DNA of 64,000 nucleotides, from positions 20,336,001-20,400,000 of the forward strand of contig OZ004611.1 in the NCBI GenBank assembly GCA_963924565.1, given 5' to 3'. Below the pieces are notes generated by a model. It saw only the letters and a list, made by a program, of their open reading frames with translations, did no database searches and was not told the origin of the DNA. This stretch comes from Ascidiella aspersa. Its lineage: Eukaryota. A program made the translations under genes and the position numbers. This document shows positions 62,241-64,000 of the stretch, piece after piece; position 1 is the first letter of the stretch, and the number at the start of each line of letters is the position of its first letter.

Positions 62241-64000
62241 TAACTTAGTCTGAAATAAACAGAAATGTCAACCTGTTTTTTTCTAACCCTAAATCGCCAT
62301 TTTACACACTGCTTCGTGCAACATAACAATTCCTAAATCTTGAAACATGCTGTGACGTTTGGTCGCTAACTAGGAAAAGAAAACAGCGATACAAAGCAAA
62401 TAAGCTTCCATTTGCAACAACATAAAACAAATTTATTTAACGATATGTAAAAATAAAACTGCAAGCAATTAAAAAATATGAATTGTATGCCACAAAAAAT
62501 TCCGCACACGCTTTGCTGTCAAAGTCTTCAGGTATGCAACTTTGTCAGCAAGTATAACTTAAATGCTTTATCATTTAGTATTGTGAATAAATAATCATAT
62601 ATCGCTGGAGTATTATATTGTGTACCGACAGCCTTAGATCATTTCTTTGTGAAGAGAGGAGTAGTTCGCCATTATATGTTGTCATTTACTGTTTAAGAGC
62701 GCGCATTTGCAATTAGGGATCTTCAAAGTAGAATCCCAGGGGATTCTAAAACATTAGGTTTTAAATATAGAATAACAAATTCAGAATATTGAATCCTAGT
62801 ATAGTTTTATTAATTAACCTCAAATTTGTGTGAGGGATTAATCTTAATATACCCTACAGTGCCCACAGTAACATGTGTATTTTGTAATAAAAAAATAATC
62901 TCCGAAATGTTTAACATTGTTAACAAAAACTGTTATACGTGCAAAATTACACAATGAAATCGTTTCAGCTCTTCAGCAATTTGGTCCCGTTTTTCAAATC
63001 ATTGTTTTCAACGTTTTTTGTCTTACTTGATGTGTTATGCAGTCAATAAATGTACTGCAAAGAATACAAAGTTATTATTGAAATAACCAGTACTTGGACG
63101 ATTACGCTGTGCATAACCTCGATAAATATTGGCCAAAAAAAAATTTACCTAAGTAACCCTGTAGGACATTTTGTCCAGGGCCAGAAAGTTTTATGAGGGA
63201 ATATTACTTTTGCAATTTAACTCAGTTAAGGAAATTGTGGACTCTGACCAGGCATTACATGTTTGTCGATCACCCAATAACGCTTGATTAATACTTAATT
63301 ATTAGGGCGAAGGTTATTGGGGCATGAAGTAATTGGTCCCCGAAAAAAGCTGACACTGCACTATACAAGGCTACATTAAAACCAAGCCCTATAAATGTGT
63401 CTCCTCAGCGACAGGCCTCTATCTAAACTTGCCACTCGCGTATGTACAATTAGGCGCAAGTGTCGGCCTTAAAACATTGACTTATATTGGTTTCAATTAC
63501 CTGAAATTAATGAAAGAATTGGATACAAAGCCAATTTGGAGCTGACAAAATGTTCACCTTAAAGAATACTTGACGAATTGTTGCATAAAAAGATCAGTAT
63601 TAACTCCACACCTGAATGGGTGCACCAAAATCATGCAAAAAATGTGCATGACTGCCAAACAACATACATTGCGTGAGTTTCAAAAGTTGTTTCAAAAAAT
63701 GGATAGGTGTTACTCACAATACAAAATACATTTCACAAACTGTATAAAAAAATTCCTTAATAATTTGAAATAAAAAAGAAAATGCAGCTATGTTTGGCCA
63801 GTTGATTTTATCAAATGCAAATAGAAAATAACTATATTTACTTTTATTGATGGCCTAATAAAATTAGATAGCGGGGCAATGAAAAGAGTTTATCATTCAT
63901 TGCCTGGGAAATGTTAGCTTCGATTTATCGATGCACATAGAACATATTGCACATATTTGCACATTAAACATCTTTATATAAGAATTAGTGAAATACCGAA

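Noticed and set aside
62958-62982. Minus-strand CTGAAGA-GCT-GAAAC hammerhead-like core
   Set aside because: Only 3 nt between the core boxes, so stem II cannot form.

Overview
Eukaryotic (animal) genomic DNA: AT-rich, with GT-AG introns and dense non-autonomous DNA transposons. An invertebrate chordate such as an ascidian is plausible, but that is inference. The six-frame ORF track is mostly exon fragments or noise, so genes were assembled by hand from splice sites and reading-frame phase. Contents: (1) a complete 22-coding-exon kinesin-2 gene KIF17/OSM-3 on the minus strand (26281->1237, about 1002 aa). (2) Head-to-head with it, a plus-strand gene the ORF track barely shows, encoding a secreted protein: signal peptide, kringle with a large loop insertion, thyroglobulin type-1 domain, basic linker with furin-type sites, and a cysteine-rich C-terminal module with ambiguous splicing. 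(3) A 4-coding-exon claudin/PMP22/EMP-superfamily tetraspan gene with an unusually long N-terminal tail carrying a PPxY motif. (4) A minus-strand gene of many short exons with no recognisable family (about 53.5-62.2 kb, probably extending further). (5) A Cys/His zinc-finger fragment between two ~467-bp direct repeats. (6) A Penelope-type minimal hammerhead ribozyme in a 187-bp insert with a 12-bp target duplication, plus a decayed second copy. (7) A tRNA-like Pol III cassette inside inverted repeats, many hAT-type MITEs with 8-bp TSDs, palindromes and a 38-bp minisatellite. No CRISPR, rRNA or convincing tRNA gene.
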